From IMG/VR virus record IMGVR_UViG_3300013939_000003: DNA of 42,216 nt; one strand, given 5' to 3'. Shown here piece by piece: positions 16,978-24,329 of the stretch. Source of the stretch: a virus. The notes below the pieces were generated by a model. That model was not told where the DNA came from and did not search any database. It was given only the letters and a program-made list of their open reading frames with translations. The first letter of the stretch is position 1. Each line of letters starts with the position of its first letter. Position numbers and translations under genes: made by a program.

Positions 16978-18195
16978 ATGACCTCAGTGTTTCAGTTGTA
17001 CGGGCGTCCGCTCGCAGAAAACGAGCCGCTGCCTCCACTGATGATCGTGGGCAGCTTGCCCAGCTACGAGCCGGGTAACAGCTACGAAGGGCGGCTCGAC
17101 GTGTTGAATGCCATCGGCAAGTGCACCGCAGAAATTGTGGAGAGCAGCTTGCCGCCCGGTGCGTACGTGTTCATGGACAACTTCACTCAAGAGGTTGTCC
17201 TCGCATGGCCCACCTACACACCTCCAACCACAGAGGCTTCTGCTGTTCCCAATGGGAACTTCGAGGCTGGCGACGATGGTTCATGGCGCAAGGGCGCTGG
17301 CTGGACTATCGAAGCAGGCGGTGCTGAGTCAGGCACCTACTCTGGCGTGTTCGCCAATCAGCGCGGTATCTCGTCCATCGAGAGCGCGCGTGTGCCGTAC
17401 AACGGCGAGACCATAACTGCGTCTGCCCGATTCCAGCAAGGTGCGTCATCCGAGGGCAACCTCGTTGGGCGCATCATCCTGATTTGGTGTGATGCTGATG
17501 GCAACATGATCCCCGGTGGTGAAGGTATCTCCTTCAATGGTGGCAACCTCATCCGCTCTGGATCGAACGGTGCGTGGCACACATCCTCCGTGACCGCAGG
17601 CAGCAACAATCCGAACGCCAAGACTGTGGCTGTAGGATTTAGCGCGAACCGCAAGAAGCAGAACAAGCTCGCGCGTGTGGACAACTTCGTGTGGAATCAC
17701 AAGTACCAAGTTGGTACAGACGATCAGATCGACTACACGGTCACCATCAAGGTTACCGACTCAGCTAACCGTGTTGCGTACTGGACGGGTTCGTTGGTGT
17801 ACAAGTCCATCTTCGCCAAGTCTCAACGCTACCCTGTTACTGTGTTCGACAACTTCCAGATGTCTGCGTTCTTCGTAGATGCTTCGACTAAGGAAGGCTA
17901 CGTCAACTACGACATGGGCATTGAGAACATGAGCGTGTCGGCGTTCTTCACGTCGGCCAGTACCAGCGCACCCTACATCCTGTTGACTCAGGAGCCGGAG
18001 GCGTTGGCGATCTCTCCGTTCTTCACGTCGGCCAGCACTAAGGCTATCCAGATCAACTACAACAATGGCATCGAGAACTTGTCCATCACTGCGAACTTCG
18101 TGTCCGCAAGTACGAAGCAAGTGCTGGTGACCAACACCATCCCCGTCGAAGCGATCTCCGTTACGGCGTTCTTTACAGGAGCAAGCACCTCATGA
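16978..18195 (+). CDS. Tail fibre / receptor-binding protein with a jelly-roll carbohydrate-binding-like middle region and a repeated C-terminus
   Basis: 405 aa. NGNFEAGDDGSWRKGAGWTIE...VDNFVW is typical of CBM-like modules. The C-terminus carries five FFxSAST(K/S)-type repeats. Confidence 0.6.
   Translation: MTSVFQLYGRPLAENEPLPPLMIVGSLPSYEPGNSYEGRLDVLNAIGKCTAEIVESSLPPGAYVFMDNFTQEVVLAWPTYTPPTTEASAVPNGNFEAGDDGSWRKGAGWTIEAGGAESGTYSGVFANQRGISSIESARVPYNGETITASARFQQGASSEGNLVGRIILIWCDADGNMIPGGEGISFNGGNLIRSGSNGAWHTSSVTAGSNNPNAKTVAVGFSANRKKQNKLARVDNFVWNHKYQVGTDDQIDYTVTIKVTDSANRVAYWTGSLVYKSIFAKSQRYPVTVFDNFQMSAFFVDASTKEGYVNYDMGIENMSVSAFFTSASTSAPYILLTQEPEALAISPFFTSASTKAIQINYNNGIENLSITANFVSASTKQVLVTNTIPVEAISVTAFFTGASTS
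17860..18192 (+). repeat. Coding repeats: five about 25-aa units with core S-x-FF-x-S-A-S-T-(K/S) at the C-terminus of the tail fibre protein
   Basis: MSAFFVDASTK..., VSAFFTSASTS..., ISPFFTSASTK..., ITANFVSASTK..., VTAFFTGASTS. Units 1 and 3 share ...NY..GIEN, and units 2 and 4 share ...L.T....EA. This suggests an about 50-aa unit present 2.5 times. Confidence 0.85.
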
Positions 18196-19166
18196 CGACT
18201 TTCGGCTTTGAGGGTCTGTATCAGTTCGAGAAGTTCCGTGTTGATGCCGATGGCAATGAGTTGCCGGGTACTCGCACGGTGATCTCGCCGTGGCAGGGGA
18301 ACCTCATCACGGATGCAGGTCTGAACTACCTCGGCTCTACGTCCCAAGACAATCTCGCCATGTGTCGAATCGGCACAGGCAATACGGCCCCGGCCAACTC
18401 CGACACTGCGCTCGGTGCGCAGGTCGGCACTACCACTACCGCTGGCACTGGCAGTGCTTCCGGCTACGACACGACCAACCGTTTCTTGTGGCGACGTGTT
18501 GCACGCCGATTCGCTGCTGGTACGATCAGTGGTGTCAATCTCGCAGAAGTAGGCATGGCTGCGAGCAATGCAGTTAGCCTGTTCTCTCGTTCGCTTATCA
18601 AGGATACCGGCGGCAGTCCCACCACGATCACCCTTGCGAGTGATGAAGTGCTGGATGTCCTGTACGAACTGCGTATGTATCTGCCCGCACAAGATGCGTC
18701 GGTAGCAGCCACGATTGACGGTGCAGCCAACACTGTGACAATCCGGGTGTCTGAGAACGCATCTAATTTGGGTTCGTGGGCGGGTCTCATCGGAACTCGC
18801 ATGGCACCCGATCTGTCCAACTTGACCAACGGAAACTACGGCGCCCCGTTGGAGAATGCGGTGGCAGCTTCAACAGACTTCGGAAGTCCCGGTGATAGTT
18901 CTACGGGTGTATCCCCGACCACAGCAGCATACGTTGCTGGTTCATTCACTACCAACTTCCAAGTTGTACTTGGTCTTACCTCTGGCAACTTTGCCACGGG
19001 TGTTGGTGCGCTCATTGTTGCCGGAGGTGCCGGAGGTGCCGGCGACCTTCGGTGGAAGTCGGCTTACGGTTGGTGGCAGTATATCTTTTCTACTAAGCTG
19101 AACAAAACATCTGTACGGACTGCGACCATCAATGTGGGAGTCACGTGGGGGCGGTACACGCCATGA
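18192..19166 (+). CDS. Putative tail fibre / receptor-binding protein
   Basis: 324 aa, ATGA overlap with the upstream gene, Gly/Thr/Ala-rich, inside the tail fibre module. Function is inferred from position only. Confidence 0.5.
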   Translation: MTTFGFEGLYQFEKFRVDADGNELPGTRTVISPWQGNLITDAGLNYLGSTSQDNLAMCRIGTGNTAPANSDTALGAQVGTTTTAGTGSASGYDTTNRFLWRRVARRFAAGTISGVNLAEVGMAASNAVSLFSRSLIKDTGGSPTTITLASDEVLDVLYELRMYLPAQDASVAATIDGAANTVTIRVSENASNLGSWAGLIGTRMAPDLSNLTNGNYGAPLENAVAASTDFGSPGDSSTGVSPTTAAYVAGSFTTNFQVVLGLTSGNFATGVGALIVAGGAGGAGDLRWKSAYGWWQYIFSTKLNKTSVRTATINVGVTWGRYTP

Positions 19167-19735
19167 TCCCTACTCTGTCCATCAGCGAACGCTTCATGCC
19201 GTGGCAGTTCAAGATGCGAGACCCACAGTCTCCATTGGTTGATTTCGAGCATGGTGGTATCGCACTCAACGACCCCTCTCAGGGGTTGCGTGGGTACGAC
19301 TGGACAGCAGAGTATGATGCCGATAGTGCCAACGTGTACGCTTCACGCGATGACGTTGGCACTCGTGTAGCGATCTTCAACCGAGCCGGTATCATCCGGC
19401 TCGGTCTCGCCTTCGATCAGAACATGCGGCCCAACCTGTGCTTCACTGATGGCCTCGGTACTCATGTGTGGTTTTACATGAGTTCTACTGAGTCGATGGG
19501 CGTACTCACTATCCCCGGCGCTTCGTCTCCATGCATCACACTCGATGACCGGCGACCTGAGCGGGTGAGTGATTCCGACGTGATCCTTAGCTACATGAAC
19601 GGTGACAACCTCTGTATCCGCGTACAGCGCGAACAGTTTGCAGTAGAGCATGCACTTGCTCTCGACAACCCATCCGCACTTGTTGCTGCTGGCATGACCA
19701 AGGAGTTGGCTATGCAGTGGCGAGTGTCTGCATAA
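19163..19735 (+). CDS. Hypothetical protein of the tail fibre module (190 aa)
   Basis: ATG 19163 overlaps the upstream TGA (ATGA). No motif recognised. Confidence 0.55.
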   Translation: MIPTLSISERFMPWQFKMRDPQSPLVDFEHGGIALNDPSQGLRGYDWTAEYDADSANVYASRDDVGTRVAIFNRAGIIRLGLAFDQNMRPNLCFTDGLGTHVWFYMSSTESMGVLTIPGASSPCITLDDRRPERVSDSDVILSYMNGDNLCIRVQREQFAVEHALALDNPSALVAAGMTKELAMQWRVSA

Positions 19736-19746
19736 CGGAGATAAGC

Positions 19747-19956
19747 ATGAACGACGCGCCTTCGGCAGCGACGGAGTTTGCACGCAATGTGCCGCTGACT
19801 GGCGGCGCGTTGTACCTCAGCTTCATCAGTCAGTATGGCGCAGCCATCGTCACCACGCTTGCCATCGTGTACGGCGTGATGCAGGTAACGCTGCGCATAC
19901 TGGAACACCGCGCAATCATGCGCAAGAACAAGATCGACAAGGAGCAGCCTGAATGA
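19747..19956 (+). CDS. Holin, T7 gp17.5-like placement and architecture
   Basis: 69 aa, GGAG 6 nt upstream. It has a central hydrophobic stretch GGALYLSFISQYGAAIVTTLAIVYGVMQVTL and a charged C-terminus RILEHRAIMRKNKIDKEQPE. It lies between the tail fibre genes and small terminase, as in T7. Confidence 0.65.
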   Translation: MNDAPSAATEFARNVPLTGGALYLSFISQYGAAIVTTLAIVYGVMQVTLRILEHRAIMRKNKIDKEQPE

Positions 19957-20234
19957 GCAAGGCTAGTGAGGGTGAGCTTGGTGGCCTGCATGGCATCGTT
20001 GCGCGATACCTCGCTGAGAAGATTGCTTCCGGCGAGGCAACCGCATCGGATGTCTCCAACGCCATCAAGCTCCTGAAAGACAACAACATCACCTGCGACG
20101 TGAACGAGGACAATGACCTCGGGAAGTTGCAGCGCGCGCTGGACGAGAAGTCCGCAGGCAAGCCGGTGGACGACACCGACCTCGCAGCTGCTCTTGAGCA
20201 GATCGACTTCTCCCAAGGCACGAGTGTGAACTAA
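19953..20234 (+). CDS. Terminase small subunit, T7 gp18-like
   Basis: 93 aa, directly upstream of and overlapping (TAATG) the large terminase gene. Size and position are canonical. Confidence 0.7.
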   Translation: MSKASEGELGGLHGIVARYLAEKIASGEATASDVSNAIKLLKDNNITCDVNEDNDLGKLQRALDEKSAGKPVDDTDLAAALEQIDFSQGTSVN

Positions 20235-22009
20235 TGGCCCGCGAAAGCGGGGAGGCAGCGGCCCTGCGGTGGAAGAAGCTCGGGCTGCTGCAACGTCACT
20301 ACGTTTCCTTCAACAAGTTCATGGACGACATGATGAGGGAGCTTGGCTTCTCGCCCACATGGATGCAGCACGACATCGCGTCGTACTTGCAGTACGGGCC
20401 GAGGAACCTCATGATCCAAGCGCAGCGTGGTGAGGCGAAGTCCACCATCACTGCGATGTTTGCTGTGTGGTCTCTGATCCAGAATCCGAAGTGCCGTGTG
20501 GTCATCGTGTCCGCAGGCGAAGGTACTGCCAACGAGATTGCTACACTGGTCAAGAACCTGATCCTCACAGTGGACACACTTGAGTGCCTGCGGCCTGACA
20601 AGTCCTCGGGCGACCGTACGTCAACGGAAGCGTTCGACGTGCACCACTCACTCAAGGGCATCGACAAGTCGCCGTCCGTGGCGTGCGTGGGTATCGGCGC
20701 GAACCTTCCTGGTAAGCGTGCAGACCTCGTGATCGCGGACGACGTTGAGTCCCCGAAGAACTCGCTGACCGCGACCATGCGCGAAACGCTGGCGCGGCTC
20801 ATCAAGGAGTTCTCCGCGTGGTGTTCGACAGACTGGGCACGCATCGTGTACCTCGGTACACCGCAGTCCACAGAGAGCATCTACAACGCGCTGCCGCAGC
20901 AAGGCTTCGACGTTCGCATCTGGCCCGGTCGTTACCCGACCGTGGAGGAAATGAAGAACTACGGTGCGTACCTCGCACCTTCGCTCCGTGAGCGAATCGA
21001 AGCTGACCCATCCTTGCAGATGGGTGGTGGTGTCACTGGCGACAAGGGCAAGCCGACCGACCCCGATCTATTCGGTGAGGACAAGTTGAACGAGAAGTGG
21101 CGCATTTGGGCAGAGTCCGGGTTCCAGCTGCAATACATGCTGAACACGCGGCTGCTTGACGCACTGCGCTTCCCGCTCAAGCTGACCAACCTCGTCGTGA
21201 TGAAGGGTGGCGATGGTAAGAACTTCCCGCTCGTGGTGACGCGCGGCTTCGGCCCGCAGGCATTGCAGGCGTACTCGTCGTCAGGCTTCAACTTCCAGCT
21301 GTCTGCACCGCACACCGTCTCGCAAGAGACTGCTGCGCTGCAAGGCATCTACATGCACGTTGACCCCGCAGGCGGCGGTGTGAACGGAGACGAGACCGGC
21401 TACGCCGTGACCGGCTTCCTCAATGGCACCGTGTACCTGCTGGCTGCTGGTGGTATCCCCGGTGGCTACGAACTCGAACCCTTGACTACTCTCGCGCAGA
21501 TCGCTGAACGGTGGAAGCCCAACAGCATCGGCGTCGAGAAGAACATGGGCTACGGTGCATTCGTTAAGGTGTGGCTCCCGATCCTGCGCAAGCACTGGCA
21601 GGGCAACATTGAGGAGGAGTTCGTCCACGGTCAGAAGGAAGTCCGCATCATCAGCACGCTTGAGCCTGTCCTCGGACGTGGTGCACTCGTGGTGATGGAG
21701 GACGTGATCGAGCAGGACAACGTGGCAACCGAGAAGTACGAAGCGACCAAGCGTCAGACGTTCAGCCTGTTCTATCAGCTGGCGAAGATGACTCGCTCGC
21801 GTAACGCACTCAAGCACGACGACCGGGCTGACGCCCTTGAAGGTGCCGTGCGCAAGTGGCTTGCTCAGATCGCCATCGACCAAGAGAAGCAGATCGAGAA
21901 GATCGAGAACGCCAAGTGGAAGAAGTGGATCAGTGACCCGCTCGGCCACAACCGTTACCGCCAGTCCAAAACTGGTGGCCCCAACATGCTCAACAAGTAC
22001 CGGAGGTAA
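20234..22009 (+). CDS. Terminase large subunit, T7 gp19-like
   Basis: 591 aa. Walker A-like QRGEAKST, Walker B-like LVIADDVE, and a C-terminal nuclease region with HVDPAGGG...DETG. Confidence 0.92.
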   Translation: MARESGEAAALRWKKLGLLQRHYVSFNKFMDDMMRELGFSPTWMQHDIASYLQYGPRNLMIQAQRGEAKSTITAMFAVWSLIQNPKCRVVIVSAGEGTANEIATLVKNLILTVDTLECLRPDKSSGDRTSTEAFDVHHSLKGIDKSPSVACVGIGANLPGKRADLVIADDVESPKNSLTATMRETLARLIKEFSAWCSTDWARIVYLGTPQSTESIYNALPQQGFDVRIWPGRYPTVEEMKNYGAYLAPSLRERIEADPSLQMGGGVTGDKGKPTDPDLFGEDKLNEKWRIWAESGFQLQYMLNTRLLDALRFPLKLTNLVVMKGGDGKNFPLVVTRGFGPQALQAYSSSGFNFQLSAPHTVSQETAALQGIYMHVDPAGGGVNGDETGYAVTGFLNGTVYLLAAGGIPGGYELEPLTTLAQIAERWKPNSIGVEKNMGYGAFVKVWLPILRKHWQGNIEEEFVHGQKEVRIISTLEPVLGRGALVVMEDVIEQDNVATEKYEATKRQTFSLFYQLAKMTRSRNALKHDDRADALEGAVRKWLAQIAIDQEKQIEKIENAKWKKWISDPLGHNRYRQSKTGGPNMLNKYRR

Positions 22010-22010
22010 C

Positions 22011-22193
22011 ATGCAACGCATCCAGTTCAAGGACTACCTGCGCAGCAACCAGCTGCACCGCGAGGTGTCCGTGGCCGTGCGCTATGCGAAGGATACTCCG
22101 CGCAAGACGCAACTCCTGCGCGACTACTTCGCATCGGCTGTGGCCGAGATCGACGCAGCACTCCCTCAGCCTGAAACCAAGGAGACGAAATGA
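22011..22193 (+). CDS. Small hypothetical protein (60 aa), paralogue of 22190..22411
   Basis: ATG 22011 is 2 nt after the terminase stop, preceded by GGAGG. Shares the pattern Y.R.N.L.REV...RY...K..LL.DYF..V.AE with the next ORF. Confidence 0.6.
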   Translation: MQRIQFKDYLRSNQLHREVSVAVRYAKDTPRKTQLLRDYFASAVAEIDAALPQPETKETK

Positions 22194-22411
22194 ACGTCGT
22201 TGAACCCCGCCTGCGTCCGCAGGAATATGGCCGTGCCAACTACCTCAAGCGTGAGGTCGAGCATGCCCGTCGCTATCTCGTAGCTGCCAAGCTGCGTGGT
22301 GAAACCGACAAGGCCGAACTGTTGGCCGACTACTTCGAGACCGTCGCGGCTGAGTTCCGCGTCGATACCAGCAACCCCGTCGATGACGCGGGTGGGCAGG
22401 GCGACGCCTAA
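22190..22411 (+). CDS. Small hypothetical protein (73 aa), paralogue of 22011..22193
   Basis: ATGA overlap upstream and TAATG overlap downstream. Similar in sequence to the preceding ORF. Confidence 0.65.
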   Translation: MNVVEPRLRPQEYGRANYLKREVEHARRYLVAAKLRGETDKAELLADYFETVAAEFRVDTSNPVDDAGGQGDA

Positions 22412-22923
22412 TGGCCTCGACCAAGGTACGCATCGCGGCAGCTGTCCTCGGTGCGTCCTTGGTGTCCGCAGCGGGTGTCGCTATCATCAAGTCCCATGAG
22501 GGGCTGCGGTACACCGCCTATCCCGATCCGGGCACGGGCGGTGCACCGTGGACGATCTGCTACGGCCACACCAAGGGCGTTCGCCCCGGCATGACCGCAA
22601 CCCAAGCCCAGTGCGATCAGTGGCTCCGCGAGGACATCGCTGAGGCAGAGAAGGTCGTGCAGGCAACCGTACGTGTCCAGCTGACGCAGGGGGAGTACGA
22701 CTCGTACGTGTCGTTCGTGTTCAACGCTGGCGCGAACAACTGGCGCAACAGCACCATGCTTCGTCTGCTCAACCGAGGCGAGCGCGTTGCTGCTTGCAAC
22801 CAGTTCCCTCGCTGGATTTACGCCAACAAGCGTGAGCTTCGCGGCTTGAAAGTCCGGCGCTACGAGGAGCAACACCAGTGTCTCTCTTTCGGGAGGGTGG
22901 TCTATGATCCCTCTAAGCACTGA
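22411..22923 (+). CDS. SAR (signal-arrest-release) endolysin, glycoside hydrolase 24 lysozyme type
   Basis: N-terminal weakly hydrophobic Gly/Ala-rich TM region IAAAVLGASLVSAAGVAII, followed by the catalytic region HEGLRYTAYPDPGTGGAPWTICYGHT (Glu...Asp...Thr pattern of P1 Lyz / phage 21 R-type lysozymes). Confidence 0.88.
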   Translation: MASTKVRIAAAVLGASLVSAAGVAIIKSHEGLRYTAYPDPGTGGAPWTICYGHTKGVRPGMTATQAQCDQWLREDIAEAEKVVQATVRVQLTQGEYDSYVSFVFNAGANNWRNSTMLRLLNRGERVAACNQFPRWIYANKRELRGLKVRRYEEQHQCLSFGRVVYDPSKH

Positions 22924-23239
22924 TCCAATCAAGTCCGCCCAGCGATGGGCGGCAGTCTGTGGCATCCTGCTGGGTCTCGTCATCATTGCGTGTACTGGCC
23001 TCTACATTTGGGGCATGCAGCGCAAGGTCGAGAAACTGGAAGCTGCAAACACTACCGCAGTGGCAACAGGTGCAGCTGACGAAGCATGGCGTCAAGGCCA
23101 CATCACCTACACCAAAGACCGCGAGGAGGCTAAGAATGCGACTGAGCAAGTGCTTGAGCGCAACCGCGACTGGGCTGACCAGCCTGTGCCTAGCGACGTT
23201 GCTGACCGGCTGCGTAAGCATCCCGACGCCGCGCGCTGA
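22904..23239 (+). CDS. i-spanin (Rz-like)
   Basis: 111 aa. N-terminal TM WAAVCGILLGLVIIACTGLYIWG, then a charged coiled-coil-like periplasmic part. GGAGGG SD. Confidence 0.8.
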   Translation: MIPLSTDPIKSAQRWAAVCGILLGLVIIACTGLYIWGMQRKVEKLEAANTTAVATGAADEAWRQGHITYTKDREEAKNATEQVLERNRDWADQPVPSDVADRLRKHPDAAR

Positions 23240-23426
23240 GTATCTGGCCGACTGCTCCATCAGCTACCCGCCTGACCGTACCCTGACCAACGGGGATGTC
23301 GTCCGGCTGGCCGAGGAGCGGGAGTTCGACGTGCGCCGATGCAATCTGGACAAGGCTGCGCTGCGTGCGTGGTTCGAGGCCCAGTGCGCTGGCTGGCGCA
23401 AGCGGTGCGTGGCACCCAAGGACTGA
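23136..23426 (+). CDS. o-spanin (Rz1-like lipoprotein), overlapped architecture
   Basis: ATG 23136 lies in the +1 frame inside the i-spanin gene, with GGAGG 7 nt upstream. Signal peptide with lipobox LLTGC. The gene extends 187 nt past the i-spanin stop. Confidence 0.8.
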   Translation: MRLSKCLSATATGLTSLCLATLLTGCVSIPTPRAEYLADCSISYPPDRTLTNGDVVRLAEEREFDVRRCNLDKAALRAWFEAQCAGWRKRCVAPKD

Positions 23427-23435
23427 CCGTGGCAA

Positions 23436-23468
23436 CCCTACCGGCCCAATCAACCGGGCCGTGTAGGG
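23436..23468 (+). other. Imperfect GC-rich hairpin just after the last late gene
   Basis: CCCTA-C-CGGCCC / GGGCCG-TG-TAGGG (5+6 bp with a small internal loop, 8-nt loop). There is no T-tract, so it is not a classical intrinsic terminator. Confidence 0.4.
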
Positions 23469-23572
23469 CCACACAGGAGGTCTACGAGGTGTACTGGTGA
23501 GGTATAACACCCGCGCAGCTAGGCTGTCTCATCGAGACAGGCACCGTACGCATGCAGGCACAGGAGTACGGC

Positions 23573-23596
23573 GTTTCACAGCGTAGCCTGTGAAAC
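23573..23596 (+). other. Perfect 9-bp hairpin in the terminus region
   Basis: GTTTCACAG cgtagc CTGTGAAAC. A second 7-bp hairpin, CTGTCTC atc GAGACAG, lies at 23524-23540. Confidence 0.45.
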
Positions 23597-23650
23597 CTCG
23601 GGCCGAAATTTGGTGGAGTTCCGCGAGAGGGTCACTCCGATAGAAGCTCC

Positions 23651-23757
23651 CGCGCATGCCCCCGTGTGCCCTCGCGTACGCGCCTACACGCGCGCCGGGA
23701 ACCTTGCCGCGCACGCACACCCATGCGCGCCCGCGACATCGCTCACGCGCACGCACA
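23651..23757. repeat. Very GC-rich tract with alternating pyrimidine-purine runs and a 12-bp direct repeat
   Basis: CGCGCACGCACA occurs at 23708-23719 and 23746-23757. There are further runs such as CGCGCATGC and TACACGCGCGC. Confidence 0.8.
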
Positions 23758-23784
23758 GGCCGTTCAGCTACGGTTCAGGGTTGC

Positions 23785-23852
23785 CGTGGTAGGCTGGTTC
23801 TCGTGGTCGGCACCGCTGGTCACGTGGTACGGTAGCGTGGTGGTGTGCTGGT
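23785..23852 (+). repeat. Array of seven short SSTGGT repeats (CGTGGT x4, GCTGGT x3)
   Basis: Starts at 23785, 23793, 23802, 23815, 23823, 23836 and 23847, spaced 8-13 bp. Strongly G+T-skewed on the + strand and located 40 bp upstream of promoter P4. Confidence 0.8.
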
Positions 23853-23891
23853 AAGGTAGCACACCCGAGCGCCATCTGTATCGTTCGCCGA

Positions 23892-23914
23892 GTTTCGGCA
23901 CCCTACATACACAG
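23892..23914 (+). promoter_or_regulatory. Phage RNAP promoter candidate P4 (GTTTCGGCACCCTACATACACAG), analogous in position to T7 phiOL
   Basis: 23-nt identity with P2. It lies upstream of the sigma70-type early promoters in the non-coding left-end region. Confidence 0.7.
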
Positions 23915-23984
23915 ACCAAACGCAGCACCGCGCCGGGTATCTGTTGCCAGCTTAACACCAGCTGAACGGACACACAGACACGGG

Positions 23985-24013
23985 TTGACAGACGGGAACG
24001 GATCGGGTAGAGT
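23985..24013 (+). promoter_or_regulatory. Host sigma70-type early promoter E1
   Basis: TTGACA (23985-23990), 17-bp spacer, TAGAGT (24008-24013). Confidence 0.75.
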
Positions 24014-24087
24014 GACGGACAAGCTAGACCGACGGACTACGGACAGGGACAACCTGAACCGACACTGAACGGATAGCAGGACAGGGA

Positions 24088-24116
24088 TTGACAACCCGCA
24101 ACGGATGCGGTAGAGT
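24088..24116 (+). promoter_or_regulatory. Host sigma70-type early promoter E2
   Basis: TTGACA (24088-24093), 17-bp spacer, TAGAGT (24111-24116). The spacer end AACGGATnnGG is shared with E1. Confidence 0.75.
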
Positions 24117-24294
24117 ACGCAACAGGTAACAGAGACAACGGAACCGAGGGCCAGCAGAGGGAAGCCGCTAGAGATAGCGCCGACTGCTAACAGAGCCTAG
24201 CATGGATGCAATCGGAACCGCTGGCATAGCATACGCCATAGGCGAGCCGCTAGACCTAACCTGAACCTAAGCTGAACGGTAACAGACGCAACGC

Positions 24295-24323
24295 TTGACA
24301 ACAGCTGCAAAGTGTGAGAGGAT
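24295..24323 (+). promoter_or_regulatory. Host sigma70-type early promoter E3 (perfect -35, extended -10-like TGAGAGGAT)
   Basis: TTGACA (24295-24300), then a 17-bp spacer ending in TGA, then GAGGAT (24318-24323). The alternative -10 TACAAT (24323-24328) would need a 22-bp spacer. Confidence 0.55.
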
Positions 24324-24329
24324 ACAATC

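Noticed and set aside
17968-17978. Partial promoter-like match GCACCCTACAT inside the tail fibre gene.
   Set aside because: Only 11 of 23 positions match. The upstream TTTCG and downstream ACACAG parts are absent, and the site is inside a coding region. It is probably coincidental.
23785-23852. The short-repeat array, considered as a CRISPR-like or tandem satellite element.
   Set aside because: The units are only 6 bp with irregular 2-7 bp gaps, and there are no spacer-sized unique segments. The array fits packaging or terminus-associated short repeats better.
23529-23973. Track ORFs on both strands in the terminus region (for example 23529..23756 -, 23610..23792 +, 23666..23854 +, 23764..23973 -).
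   Set aside because: They have no SD sites and are mutually overlapping. Extreme Arg/Ala/Cys/Pro content arises from GC-rich repeats. The region carries promoter, hairpin and repeat features typical of non-coding phage ends.
24120-24290. A possible fourth, decayed early promoter unit between E2 and E3 (TAGCAT at about 24226; repeats AGCCGCTAGA at about 24164 and 24244; TAACAGAG motifs).
   Set aside because: No acceptable -35 box lies at 16-18 bp from any -10-like hexamer. Only fragmentary repeat similarity is present. It is noted as likely remnant sequence, not called as a promoter.
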